A DNA stretch of 64,000 nucleotides, from positions 248,001 to 312,000 of the forward strand of contig JBEWZL010000302.1 of NCBI GenBank assembly GCA_045837725.1, given 5' to 3'. The position numbers were made by a program, and so were the translations under genes. The notes beneath the pieces were generated by a model. That model was not told where the DNA came from and did not search any database. It saw only the letters and a program-made list of their open reading frames with translations. Shown here piece by piece: positions 1-12,273 of this stretch (positions are counted from its first letter, which is position 1; every line of letters starts with the position of its first letter). Source of the stretch: Vermamoeba vermiformis (lineage: Eukaryota).

Positions 1-27
1 TTAAATTCAAACGATCCTTATAACGTT

Positions 28-3000
28 ATGTATCATCAACCAGGACTACAGCAATACGGAACAATGGGTACCAACTCACCTGCGCCTTCATCTCCCGCAC
101 CTTCGACACCTAGCTCGGAACCAGATCCGGAAATTGAAAAATTAAAGAAAGAAATAGAAGACATTAAAAAGACTAGGCAACAGCGCAAGTTAGAAGAGCA
201 TCTCAAGTACTTGTCGGTGCAAGAGACCAGCGCGCCACCGCCAGAATTGAAAGTAGAGCCGGTAGTGCGCGATACTCGAGCTCAATCCGTCTCTGCTGCT
301 GGCTTACGAAGAACTCATACTGTAGCACCATCGGTAAATATATAGTATATTTCGAAGCGTTACTGGAATTTGAGACTAGATCTAATTATACTTTTCCTTG
401 CAATTTCGTTTTATTTTTTATTAATTTTCAAATAATTAGGCCGATCCAGTTGTAGATGTACCTTTGAGGCGTTCAACGAGTGCTATTCCTTCAAGACCTA
501 TTGTTCAAGATGCTGGACCTAAAATTAGCGAATGTACGTAATCGTTCAAGTATTTAGCAGTAGCTCGACGTAATTACATTAATATACGATTGTAGATCGG
601 TCAGCTACTATGCCGCAGGAGGAGGATCAAATTTTCAATACTTCTGATCGCTCAAATATCATTTTGATTCGCAAGTTTGCCTACGATCCAAAAGAATTTG
701 GTAAGCTGCAGCAACAGATCGATATTATACTTGTTCTATAATAAAACAATATTATAGCGCAAACACTAATTAATTTATTATTAGAGTCCACTATGGGCGG
801 TTGCAATTTGACCGAGCAACAATTCTCTGATATTATGCAACGAGGCAACGTTATGACTTACGTCGCTAAGTAAGTGTAATATATAGGGCCATTATTATAA
901 TATAATGCCCCAATTGTTTGGACTGAAATTAATCCGTCTTTTTTAATAGGGAAGGTACCGTCCACAAATATCACTTCTGTTTACATAAATCGGAAAAATT
1001 CTTGATGTACGGCAGTAGAAAAGGTGAGTTAATATGATATAGTCTCGAACAAGGCAACTAATGAAATTATTCCAATTACCAGTGGATCTGCGTCAAGTTT
1101 TGTCAATTCATCGCGGACAGATTACAGACACGTTTATCAATGCGCAGTCACTCGTATTTGATAAAGTGAACGTATCATTTTCTATTATTATGACGTACGT
1201 ATCGATATAACCTCACACATATGAAATCAAGAAATTTCCAAATTAGGAAGGCCAGTACACGATCCAATGTATGATTTCTTGTTCTATGACTAATGACCTA
1301 TTATTTATAGCGATATGACTGTGGATGTAGTCGCTGATTCACCACTACAATTTGAGCTCTGGACGCAAGGTCTCATCATGTTCATCAAACGCGCCAAGTC
1401 TTATTGGAACGCATCCACTACTCGGTAATTAGTCGTTGTTGTATATAAGTTTAGTATGTATGCTAATCATTTAATCAGATTATACGAGAAGCTATGGATT
1501 GAATTACAAAAAGAAAAAGTTCCGATGAAAGAAGTTTACGAGCTGTTGCCGCGCTTGTTCATCAATCCAAAATCAGTGGACTTTACGACTGCATTTAGTG
1601 TAAGATATACATAGCTCATTATATATACAGATATGTCTAACTTTTGTGATGTTTAGCAAGTGGATCAAGATGAGGATGGGCTGATCAACTCACTCGAGTT
1701 CTGCATGCTAATGACGAAATTACGTGCCAGACAAGAAATGTATCCTGTGTTTCAACGATACGCCAGCAACAAAATCACATTGACTGCCAAGGACTTTCAA
1801 AAATTCTTGCGCGTGGAGCAGAAAGTAAGTCACTACAGCAAAATTACCAGATTAGGAAATGGACCGGCGTATGTATTCTAATGTTGATATCGTGTTCAGG
1901 AAGTGACGCGCACATTAGACAATGTTGTGGCGTTGATTCAATCAATCAAATCTCGTCCTGAATTCATGCACGAGAAGAGATCGCGCGAACATCCGAATGA
2001 ACTCTTATTTGACGAGTTTGACAGCTATTTGGTGTCACGTGAGAACTCAGCCTTCGATCCTGAATGCGACTCTGTATACCACGTACGCTTTGACCACGTG
2101 ATCGTGAATGTTTGCAATAATTTATTGACGTTTCCTAATTAGGACATGACTCGGCCACTGTCACATTACTTCATTCAAACATCGTTCAATGTCAACACCA
2201 GCAATCAAAAGGGCCTCAAAATGTTCTCGAAACCATTGCGCATGGGCGTCAGATGTCTCGAAAGTACGTTACTTGACAGATCTACCAACGCACCAGCCGT
2301 GTTCTAATTATACTTGTACCCAGTGGATCTTTATGACGGCAAAGAGGCCCCCGAAGTGGTGTGCTCGGGCGTGAAGTTGCCGCTCACTGAAGTGTTGAAG
2401 ACGATCAAAGACTTGGCCTTTGTCGCGTCAGAGTACCCTGTCATTCTCTCGCTCGACATTCACTGCTCGAACTTGCAACAACTTCAAGCGGCACGCGCTA
2501 TCAAGAGCACGTTTGGATGTATGACCATGAAACTTCATTTTGACTTGTCAAAGTGTCGTACCCAGCACATTTTTTATTGACACGTTTATTTTGCAGCCAT
2601 GTTAGCGATTCCACCAGCAGACACAACTTTGGTGGCTCAATTGCCTTCGCCTGAAGACTTGAAGTACTCCATTATTCTGCGCGTAAGTAGTACTTTGAAT
2701 GCTGGCTTAGCGTTACTAATGGCTTGGATGACAGTGCACATCGATGACCAACACGACGATTGAAAATGAAGCTGCTGAATTGGGCAAAGAAAAGTCCGAA
2801 GAAATCATCAAAGATCTCAAAGATTTGATTTACTTGCGCGTGATCAATTGGAAAGGATTCGACGACAGTACGTACCTTACTCTATCATTCTCGTATATTA
2901 TTTCCTAATTTGGTAATCCTCTCAGAGACCACTGCCTACCTCGTGTCACCAATGATCAGCTACTCATTGGTGCAGACCAAAGTGCCCAAGTTCTTCAAGT

Positions 3001-4011
3001 ACCACGCTGCTGACTTTGTCATGTAAGCTGATGATCTCTTTCAGCCCTCAGCTAGAGTAATTAACAATTCATTTCCTTATTTAGTAAGAACCGCACGCAA
3101 ATCGGCAAAGTCTTCCCGATGGGCGTCCGAAACTACGACGCGAATTATGACCCGATGCTGGCGTGGAGCTGTGGATTCCAATGCGTGGCAATTGTAAGGA
3201 CGCATACACTTGTGCACATATCATGGCATAATACTCACATGTGATATAGAACACGGAGATCAATGGTGAAGAGAGTTGGATAGCAGCAGCCAAGTTCTTG
3301 GACAACGGTCAATGCGGCTACGTGTTGAAGCCCCCAGTGATGATGGATGTTGAGCGGTTTGACCCTAACTTCCCTAGTCGATGGACCAATCCGCACAGTA
3401 ACATTAAGAGTCTGACTGTCGAGGTACGTTCAATATCCAAATATGGTAAAGTCACGTGATCACTCATCCGTTTGCCGTGCCCGTAGATTATCAGTGCTCG
3501 AGAGCTGCCCAAGCCGCACGACCGCAAGACCTTTGTGCAGTACGGCCACGAAGAAGACGAGTTCTCCAAGTCCGCGACACCATTCAATGGCTACGTGACA
3601 GCGTCTATTTATGGTGCCCCAAGTGACAGCAAAGAATTCAAGACGCATGCTGTTGGTAAGTTCGAGCCAAATATGGTAGTAACATGATTCTCTAACAACG
3701 CATTCAGCTGACAATCGATTTAACCCGTTATGGCAAGAGTCATTCACGTTTGACTTGACGTTCAGTGAATTAGATGTGTTGCTGTTGCGGTGAGTAAATA
3801 CTTGCAAAGTATAATTTTCAGTTATCTGACCATTGTGCTGCACAGAGTCATGTCATCCACCAAGCTGAAGACACAACGAGTTGCGCACTATGCAATCCCA
3901 GTGCGGTGTATCAGACCCGGCTATCGTGTGCTCAAGTTGTGTTCGGACAAGACAGGTGCGACCATTCCTTGGTCAGATCTGCTTTGTAGATTCTCGCTTG
4001 AGTTCAAGTAA
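28..4011 (+). CDS. Phosphoinositide phospholipase C-like protein (PH, EF-hand, X, Y, C2), multi-exon, catalytic residues degenerate
   Basis: Spliced translation gives PH-like (LQFELWTQGL), EF-hand DQDEDGLINSLE, X-box DMTRPLSHYFI...GVRCLE...EYPVILSLDIHCS, Y-box NYDPMLAWSCGFQCVA...FLDNGQCGYVLKP and C2 ...FNPLWQESFTF...IRPGYRVLKL. The frame is open upstream of ATG 28, so the true start may lie outside the window. Confidence 0.9.
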
Positions 4012-4098
4012 ACACTTTTTGTTCTTTTTTTATCATTGTGAATGCGCACGGACAAATTTTTTCTTCCTAGTTTGTGGATCTTTATTTCGTGTTACAAT

Positions 4099-4907
4099 AT
4101 GAATACCATTCTTCAACGAGGAAGAAATTTAATAGGATTATTAACGAAAGGAAGTCGTGTATCGATCACCACGAATGCAAAAGGACATACTTTGTTTAGC
4201 CGCAAGATCCGATCGTATTCGATGACATTTCCAAGTGTACCAACTTCACTACCTGGAAGTGAATGGATTTATAAAGGACAAATACCTACTGAAATTAAAG
4301 TGAAGAAAAACGAACGGGTAAGTTTTAACAATTTTAAAATAATTTTTGAAATTTATTTCAAATGTGGTACCTCGTTAAAACCGATTAACATCGAATGAAA
4401 ATACCTTGGGAAATATAGAAAAAATGCTAAGTAATTTTTCTACGCACTTACAATAAAATACTAATTTTTGATTCTTTTTCCAGGCCATGTACATTACTTG
4501 GGATGACGGCAAAGTGTACCGTTACCCAGCTGAATATTTGCGAATTGAAAGTCCTTCCGCTGAAGTGCAAGGACACGGACCTGCTGGATACAAAAAGGTA
4601 TGGCCCATCTGATCTGTCTAAGGCGTCAGTCTAATACAATTCCGTTAAGCTCGTATGGGGAAGAAAATATGTAAATATTATTGGCGTAGAACCGCAAGGC
4701 AATTATGCAGTATTGTAAGTTCATTTTTGTTTGAAAGGATCTAACTTGGGGATCAGGATAAAATTTGACGACATGCACGATACCGGCATATATCCGTGGT
4801 CTTATTTGTATTATTTGGGCGAAAAGAAGGTCAGATTAATGAAGAATTACGTGTTTCAGTTGCGTCAATTTAAAAAAGAGCGAGATCCGAGGAAGAGCTA
4901 CAAATAA
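4099..4907 (+). CDS. DUF971 / gamma-butyrobetaine hydroxylase-like N-terminal domain protein, probably organelle-targeted
   Basis: Spliced motifs WDDGKVYRYPAEYLRIESPSAEVQGHG, GVEPQGNYAV, FDDMHDTGIYPWSYL; Arg/Leu/Ser-rich N-terminus. Confidence 0.85.
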
Positions 4908-4998
4908 ATTCAGTTGTACGATTATGAATGTAAATAAAACCAATGATAAACTTATCTAAAGTATTAATACATTCGATTCGTTTATTTTACATCAAAAT

Positions 4999-7900
4999 TT
5001 ACCATTTTTTCTTCCTTCCAGGCTTTTTCTTTTTCTTTTTCTGATCTTCGCTGTACAAGTGCCAGTCATGCTGTTGCGCCACAGCCTCTTTAAGGGCCTT
5101 CTTAGAGGTCAGTGGACCTAATATATCGAGATAACCCTCGAATAGCACCATCTTCGTGTCCGGATCTGACAAGCAGACTTCTTTGAAACTTTCAGCGCTG
5201 TAAAATATGACCAAGAAACTGTCATTGGACAATTTAGCGACGATTTGGCCCGGCCACCATTTGTAGCCTGTCAACTTGACCCACACTTTCATGCCGACAT
5301 CGAACTCGTTGGGATCTGTTTCACCTGTCACATCGTTTGGATCCAGTTTGACAGGTGTCACTTCAGAGTTGGACACTTCTTTGACAGGTATCGGCTTCTT
5401 GGCACTTTGTTTTCGTGAACTCGGTTTAACAGGTGTCACAGTCGGTGCCACAGGACTAGTTGGCTCGACATTTGACGGCTGATCCTTCGTTTGTTCCGTT
5501 GACTGTTTTGTTGGAGTGACTGCTGTATCGCTTGCGATAGGTGCTAACACTTCAGACTCTGATCTTTTAATGCGTTCACTTCGTGCTCGGGACAGCTCGG
5601 CCATAGAAAACTTGAGCTGAGAAGGAGAAGTTGCTGGCGAGGACGTGCCTTCTTTGGGCAAAGCTGGGACATTTTGTACTGAGGCAACTTCGGTCACTAA
5701 GGCACCAGGGGCTGTAGCAGCACTGGGACTGGTTTCGTTATTTACAATTGGTGCTTGTTCTGTGTTAGTCATGGTGGCAGTTGCCGGATTGTGAAGAACC
5801 TCCGTGACGGAGTTAGTGGCAATGATTGGAGCAGCCCCTCAGACATAAGCGATTCAATAGTTGTAGGCGCGTTTTGCTCGGCAGCGACGCTAGTGTCTTG
5901 CTGTGCGGCATGATCCATGGACAGTTGTGCTGCTTCCACGAGGAGTGACTCAGCAGTGTTACTTTGGTTTTCCGCCTCAGTTGCTCGTTGTTGATCGCCT
6001 TCAGTTTGCATTGGCACAACGGAGTCAACAACACTTTGTGCCTGATCTGCGACAGTGTGCTGCTCGTTGTCTGCCATGTTATTCTCGCTAACTTGTAGTG
6101 CTCCCTCTTCGCTCGTCTGTTGCACCTGACCAATTTCCTGGACCACTTCGTTTTGGTTGTCAAGAGCTGATTGTTCAACGACCTCCATTTGCTTCGCGTC
6201 ATCATTCGTCACATTTGGTTCCACGGCACTTTGAGCTTGATCGGCAACAGGGTGCTGTTGTGCCTCAGTCTCCATTGGCTGTTGCTCTTGTGGTGCTATG
6301 TTGGGCTCGGTGAGCTGCTCCCGTGGTTGTTGGGCATCAATTGCCATGCTGTCATCTACAGACACTTGACTCTCTCCAATCGCCTCGTTAATGACTTGAG
6401 TAGCGATCTCACTCAACATGAGGGCCTCTTCGGGCGACAAGTTTGTCGTTGAAATGACAGACTGAATGAACTCAGATTGATTGTCGAGCTGTGCTTGCCG
6501 CTCTGGAAGCTGTGCAGCTGATGACTCTTGAACAGGAGCATCAACTTGCATGGCAGCTTGATCGCTAGATGCACTAGGGACCGTTGTTTCAGTAGCTTCT
6601 GTGCCGGCTGCGTCAGTGTCCATTGGCGTTTGTGCCTCGGGCACTTGTGTTGGAGGAACTAAGCTTGCTTGACTAGCGTTGAGTGGAATTTCATCTTGCG
6701 TCTGTGTCAGCTGCATGCTTCTATTGAGAGCTGTAATGTTCTCCTCGCTCATCGGTGTCGCCGTGTTCGTATTATTGACAGCTTTACTAGCGTCAGTACT
6801 CTCACTTGGTGCAGGCAATTCTTTCACTTTTGGCTTTTTCTTTGCCGCCGCTTCGATTCTTTCTCGCTTGGCGTTCCAGGCGACTTCAAAGTCGTGCAAC
6901 ATATCACCACAAAACATGTCTGCCAAATTGACCCACGTGCACAACGTCAATGGAAAGCCGTGCCACTTGACGAGGAATTGCACGAGTTCTGTATTTACAT
7001 TCTTCCTCTTCAAGTAGATCTTGTCCACTACATACTCCTCGCCCTCATCTGATTGACATTAGCTCCGCTGTGTGATGCAGATAACACGACTTACCATCGA
7101 TGACAATAGGCTCGATGTCGCGCTCTATAAGAGGTGCCGATGATCTTTTTCGACCTCTCTTAGCTCCTGTGCTCGTTCTTGTCGGCTGCACTCTCTTCTC
7201 CTTGGTTTGTTCAACTTCTTGCTTTTCTCCGGCAGGCAACTCAATTTTGTTCTCGTCACCAGACTTGGTATTATCATTGTTGGGAAGATAGTTGTTATCA
7301 GTAGCGCTAGTATTATCTGCGACTTGACTAGCGGTGACGTTAGTGTTGTTCGGAGCAGCAGCCTCTTTAGCCTTCTTTTCTGCTTTCTTCTTGGAAGCCG
7401 CTTCTTTAATAGCTGTAACGACTGTAGTCCGGTTAGTGCCTGTGTATAATGTGTAGTGTTTAGAATTACCCTTCTCATCATCATTGCTGACGAGATAGTG
7501 GTGCACAGACTCAAAGCCCAAGCTCTTGACGGCGTCAATGGTCAGTGCCCCTGTTGGCTTCTTGCCACTCAATACGCGACACGTGCTGCAGTTGCAGTGG
7601 CCCAAGCACATAGGACAGGTCCATTCTTTGTCTCGCAGCTCCTGCAGACTGTTAGTTAACGTTGACATTCGCAAACAGTTAATGGACTTGCCTCCATGTT
7701 GAGTCCATAACGATTCTTGAGACAACCAGCGCACCAGCCACGATTGTTCTTACAGCCCCCGTCACTGCTCTTGCTGCAGTAAATCACATCTTCATAGGCA
7801 CGTGGTTGACGGCATTGGTGACAGTAATGTCTCCGGCCATCAGGTCCTACTGGTTTCTGAATAAAAACATGTTAACACTGCACGCATCGAACTAAATGAT

Positions 7901-10900
7901 ACTTACAGCTCGTGATCTTTTTCTGACGGGCTCATCGTTCACAGCTGCAGAAGCATCTGATTCACTCTGCGACATTTCATCTGCTTTGCGCTTTGTGCCA
8001 CGTTTGGTCACGGACTTGTCTTCGCCGTCCTGTGCAGAGGTCTCTGTACTTTTTGTTGACTTTTTCTCTTTCGGTGGTGCAGGTGCTTTCACTGCAGCAC
8101 CTTTCAACGGGGTCTTCTTCTTTGGCGGTGTCGTGATCGCTTGGACTGCCGCCACGGCAGAAGGTCTCTTCTCGCGCAGTTTTGCAGCCTCACTAATTGA
8201 CAGTTGAGTTGTAACTTCAACAGCTGGTTGGTTGTTGATTGTTTCCTTCGCGATAGACTCCTCCTTTTTCTTTTGTTCGTTCATCGATTTGATGCGAGTA
8301 GTGCCTGGTTGTTCTATGCTGTCTTCGCTGTCACTGCTGCTCTCGCTACTCTCGCTGCTACTGCTGTATTCATCAATGATACGTCGCTTCTTGGCTGGCT
8401 TGGCGAGCTCTTCAGGATCTACATCGGGGAATACCAGTTCTTTGCCGATAACGCTGCTTTCTTCTTTCTCATCCTCTTGGAGCATGTTATCATTCTGTCA
8501 ATGAGTATTAAAAAAAAAGCTTTTGTGAGCCAGACTTACATTTACATCAACATTATCGGTCACCGTAGGGACAAGTGTAGACACATCGGCTCCGCTGGCA
8601 CTGCCTTGAGGCTTGGTCGGCGATACGTCTGCAGAGCTCTTTTGCTTTTGTTGTGAAGGCGTAGCAGCTATTTTGTTTGGTCGTCTAGACATGAGGGGTG
8701 ATTCTGCTAAGTCATTGGAACTTGGCCTTCTTGTCTCCAACTGTGGCACCGGTTTTGGCTGTGGTCGGGCGACAACGGTCTAAATAGAATTACGTAAGCT
8801 AATTAATCAAAGACGGTTGTTGAACCTACCAGTTTGCCCTTGGCTTCTTGTTTGACAATCCAGTCTTTCAGCGCACTAATGTCTTCAATCTCTGCGGCTG
8901 TTCGAGGCTCATAGCCCTCGTCTAAGAGTTCATCCACGTCGATGGAAGTGTCTTTTATCTGTTCAACTCCGGTGTAGTCGCTTCGTTCTTTTGCTTCGTT
9001 GTAGTCCTGCTGCAGTGTCACAGCACGGAAGCAGTAATTGAACAGCTTTAAAGTCGGCACATTGTCCTTCTTGAGCCGCAAAGCAAATGCCACTTCCTCG
9101 AACTGCAATCAATTAGCTCTAACTTGGATATCGATTGTCACTTACCTTCTTGAGCCCTGGGATGTAATTCGAGCCGCGAGTCTTATTGACATTCACGAGC
9201 ACGCATTTAGTCAACGAGGACTTGTTTTTTGCTTCGTCAGTTGTTTTAGACGCAGCTGTGTCGTGGTATCTGTGCGTGCAAGTGTCAGAACTGCTAGCCA
9301 CTACCTGCGACAACGTACCGAACAAAACCAACCAGCCCGTAGTCGTTGATATCTTCGCGGCCCTGTGCATACAAGAACGCTTCTTTAAACATCTCATCAG
9401 CCTATCATTGCCTAGGTCAATAAAAAGATGTTGATAGACGAAAGCACTCACTGTTTTGCGCTGTTTTGTGTTTTGGCCTTGCACGTGTTCAAGCTTTGAA
9501 AACTGAACCAAGTTGTCGTCACAAAGCCAAAAGAATGGCAACTCAATTGAAGTGCCGTCACAGTCTGCGCCTTCTGCCATCTGATGCAACGTATTAGCTA
9601 GTGCAGCACGCCTTTGTGCACCACGCTTACCCTTTTTACAACATGTCTCGCGTAACTGAGTGGCCGGTTGCTCTCGGGTAGAATCAACAGCAGCACATTA
9701 GGCATTGATTTGCGATAGAGTTCTGCCTCACTTGGATCCACAACAACAGTCACTACTGGATTCGCTGTTTGTTTGCCCATGCTCGGATAATTGGCGCTGC
9801 CTTTTTTGAAACTGACACCCAAGAATGACACGTTTTCCGAACGTGGACCTATCATACATTAATAAGAAGCAACAATAAGCGGATGTGTCATACCCAGCAC
9901 ATAAGGAGACTCCCAATTAAGGTGTGCAATGTCAGCGTGGCCACGACTAATGATGAAAGTCGGATACACGATCTCTTTGTCTACGGTGCCTGCCTTGCAA
10001 CTGGCCACAAAGTTAAAGAACTCGTCGACCTTCCGCTTTGGTCCTTCAAGATAAAGTTTGATGTCCGTGAAGTCTCCTTTGCTGTTCAGACTCTTGTAAC
10101 AAACACCCCTAAACCAGATATTAGTTGTGCTCGACATAAATACTCAGCACTTACCGCTTCTCGATGACTGTAGACATTAGGCCCGAAGAGCCCTTTGACA
10201 CACGAATAGCCTCGATATACTCAGATAAGTTTCTTGTTGGACTCCAATACATCTTCACTTTCGGTGGTTTTGGTGATGTCGCTACCATTGTTAAGGGCTT
10301 CTTACTCTTCGAGTCCTTGCTAATGTTCGCAATGCTCGGAGCTGGTACCTTCTCTGTGATTTTTGTTGGAGTGCTCTTCGGTTGATCCGATGAGCAGGAC
10401 TTCTCAGCACGTGGCTCGGGACTGACCGGTTTAGTTTCGTGTCTTCTGTAGTCATCTCTGGGGTCCTTGTTATAATCACGAGCTGGCCTCGGGTCTCTGT
10501 CTTGGTTGATATCCAGCCCTGGAATATAATCCGAGCCACGCTCTTGTCCAGTACTCGAAAAATCCGCGCGGATTCGCTTGCCCATGTGAACTGTTCTGTG
10601 CACTGCATACAACGCTTTTTGCGCGTCTTCTACTCGTGCAAAATCGACGAATGCGCATCTAATTCATGAGGTTAACTCCGTTAGTGCTAAATACACCAGC
10701 ACTTACCCTCTGAACTCGCCGAATTGATAAATCTTTTTGACACCTATCACGGTGCCGTGCGGCGCCACAAGTTGTCTGATCATGTTCTCTGTCAATTCGT
10801 TCGGTAGATTACCAAGAAACAATGACTTGGATGGCTTGTTCAGTGGCTTGCCGGCTAGTCGAAGAATCAGTCTCGTGTAAATATGACCAATAACAACTTA

Positions 10901-12273
10901 CAGAACCGTGCCACGGCCCATCCAACTTGCAACCGTTTACCCGCCAGCGAGACTCCGTGCAGGGTGTCGTAAGCTACTTTTGCGTCGTCTTTGTTCCAGT
11001 ATTCAATAAAGGCTGACCTCGTCGGTGCGTTACTGTCGCGCTTCATGCGAATGTCTCTGATACTTCCTGCAGTTCTGAAGATCTTCTCCAACTCTTCTTC
11101 GTCTACGGTAACGATGTTTTTGACATAAATTGTGCGATCGGACATGACTAAAGGTTCATCCTTGTCTCGCTTTTTGTACTTTTTGTGCTCGTCTTGATGA
11201 TGTCCATTACTTTCTTGGTGCTGATTCTCTTCGTGATACGCATTACCATAATCGTATCCATCACTCTGCTCTTGATCGGCGAGTACAGGCGAGACTGGCG
11301 GTCTTTCGATAGGTGAATTGTACTGATTATCGTCATAATAATTATTCGATTGAATTTGTTGTTCTGGCTCTATTTGTGGAGGAGAGGCATCACGGTAATA
11401 CGAAACATGTTGATATTGTTTCGGCATTAAAGGAGGTATCAAAGCACTTGCTCGTGCATTAACTACTTGCGAAGGAGGTCGTTGTTTGATTGGTGACTCG
11501 ACAACTTTTCTGACACTAATAATCGATGACGCTGCATTATCAAAAGTCTCGACCTCCATGTCATTCGGATCATCGTCAACCGGTGCATCAACATCTACGC
11601 CCAATGGCTCCAATGGGTAGTCATCAGACGGTTGCATATTCTCGTAAGCAGGCATCAGCTCTTGATGACTCGAATCAGGCCCATTGTTGTATTGACGCTC
11701 TTGGTACGGCTGCTGATTATAGTTTGGCTCTTCGTAACCGTTGTTGGTCTCCATCATCTGTTGTCCAGTGTACTGTTCTGCACGTGGTGCATATTGATCC
11801 ACGGTGCCTGGCCTTGGGGCGCCACATTCGGAGCATGCAGCACGCCAGCCAATATTCAACGCTCTGCAATTGCCTTCAGTGCATACCCAGTCTTTTAATT
11901 CTACATTAGAACGTATGTCGGGCTGTGGTGGCACGAGTACTGATTGTTTGGGCTGAATTGTCACAATGCGCTTGGGCTGCACATTCTGCTGAGTCTGTAC
12001 TTGTTGCAATAACTGCGGCTGTAAGAACTGCTGTGATAATTGACGCATCCTCGCAGCCATGTACTGCTGTATTTGTTGCAACTGGTTGGGATTTAATGCC
12101 AACAAGATAGGTACGACCGGATGTGCCGAGTTCGTGGCGAGAACTGACTGAAGTGTGGCCCCTGGTGGTAGTGTATCCAATAGCTTAATTATTCCCATGA
12201 GCTCTCCTTCTGACAGCAACCTTGTGCCGCCTGGAGAGTGCTGGTTGAGCGCGTTCAAACCAGTAAAATTCAT
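4999..12273 (-). CDS. Large multidomain protein: RanBP2 ZnF, RRM, RRM, GREB1/JGT-like glycosyltransferase, zf-4CXXC_R1, chromodomain, PWWP
   Basis: I traced in-frame splice junctions from ATG 12273 through to the chromodomain exon (one GC-AG intron at 7642-7691). Motifs: DWVCTEGNCRALNIGWRAACSECGAPRP; TIYVKNI...SAFIEY; SLFLGNLP...GCAFVDF; YPTFIISRGHA...LYRKSMPNVLLLILP...PFFWLCDDNL; CHQCRQ...WCAGCLKNRYG...WTCPMCLGHCNCSTCR; EYVVDKI...FLVKWHGF...TW; VWVKLTGYKWWPGQI. Joining the PWWP part needs a frameshift near 5835-5838. Confidence 0.8.
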
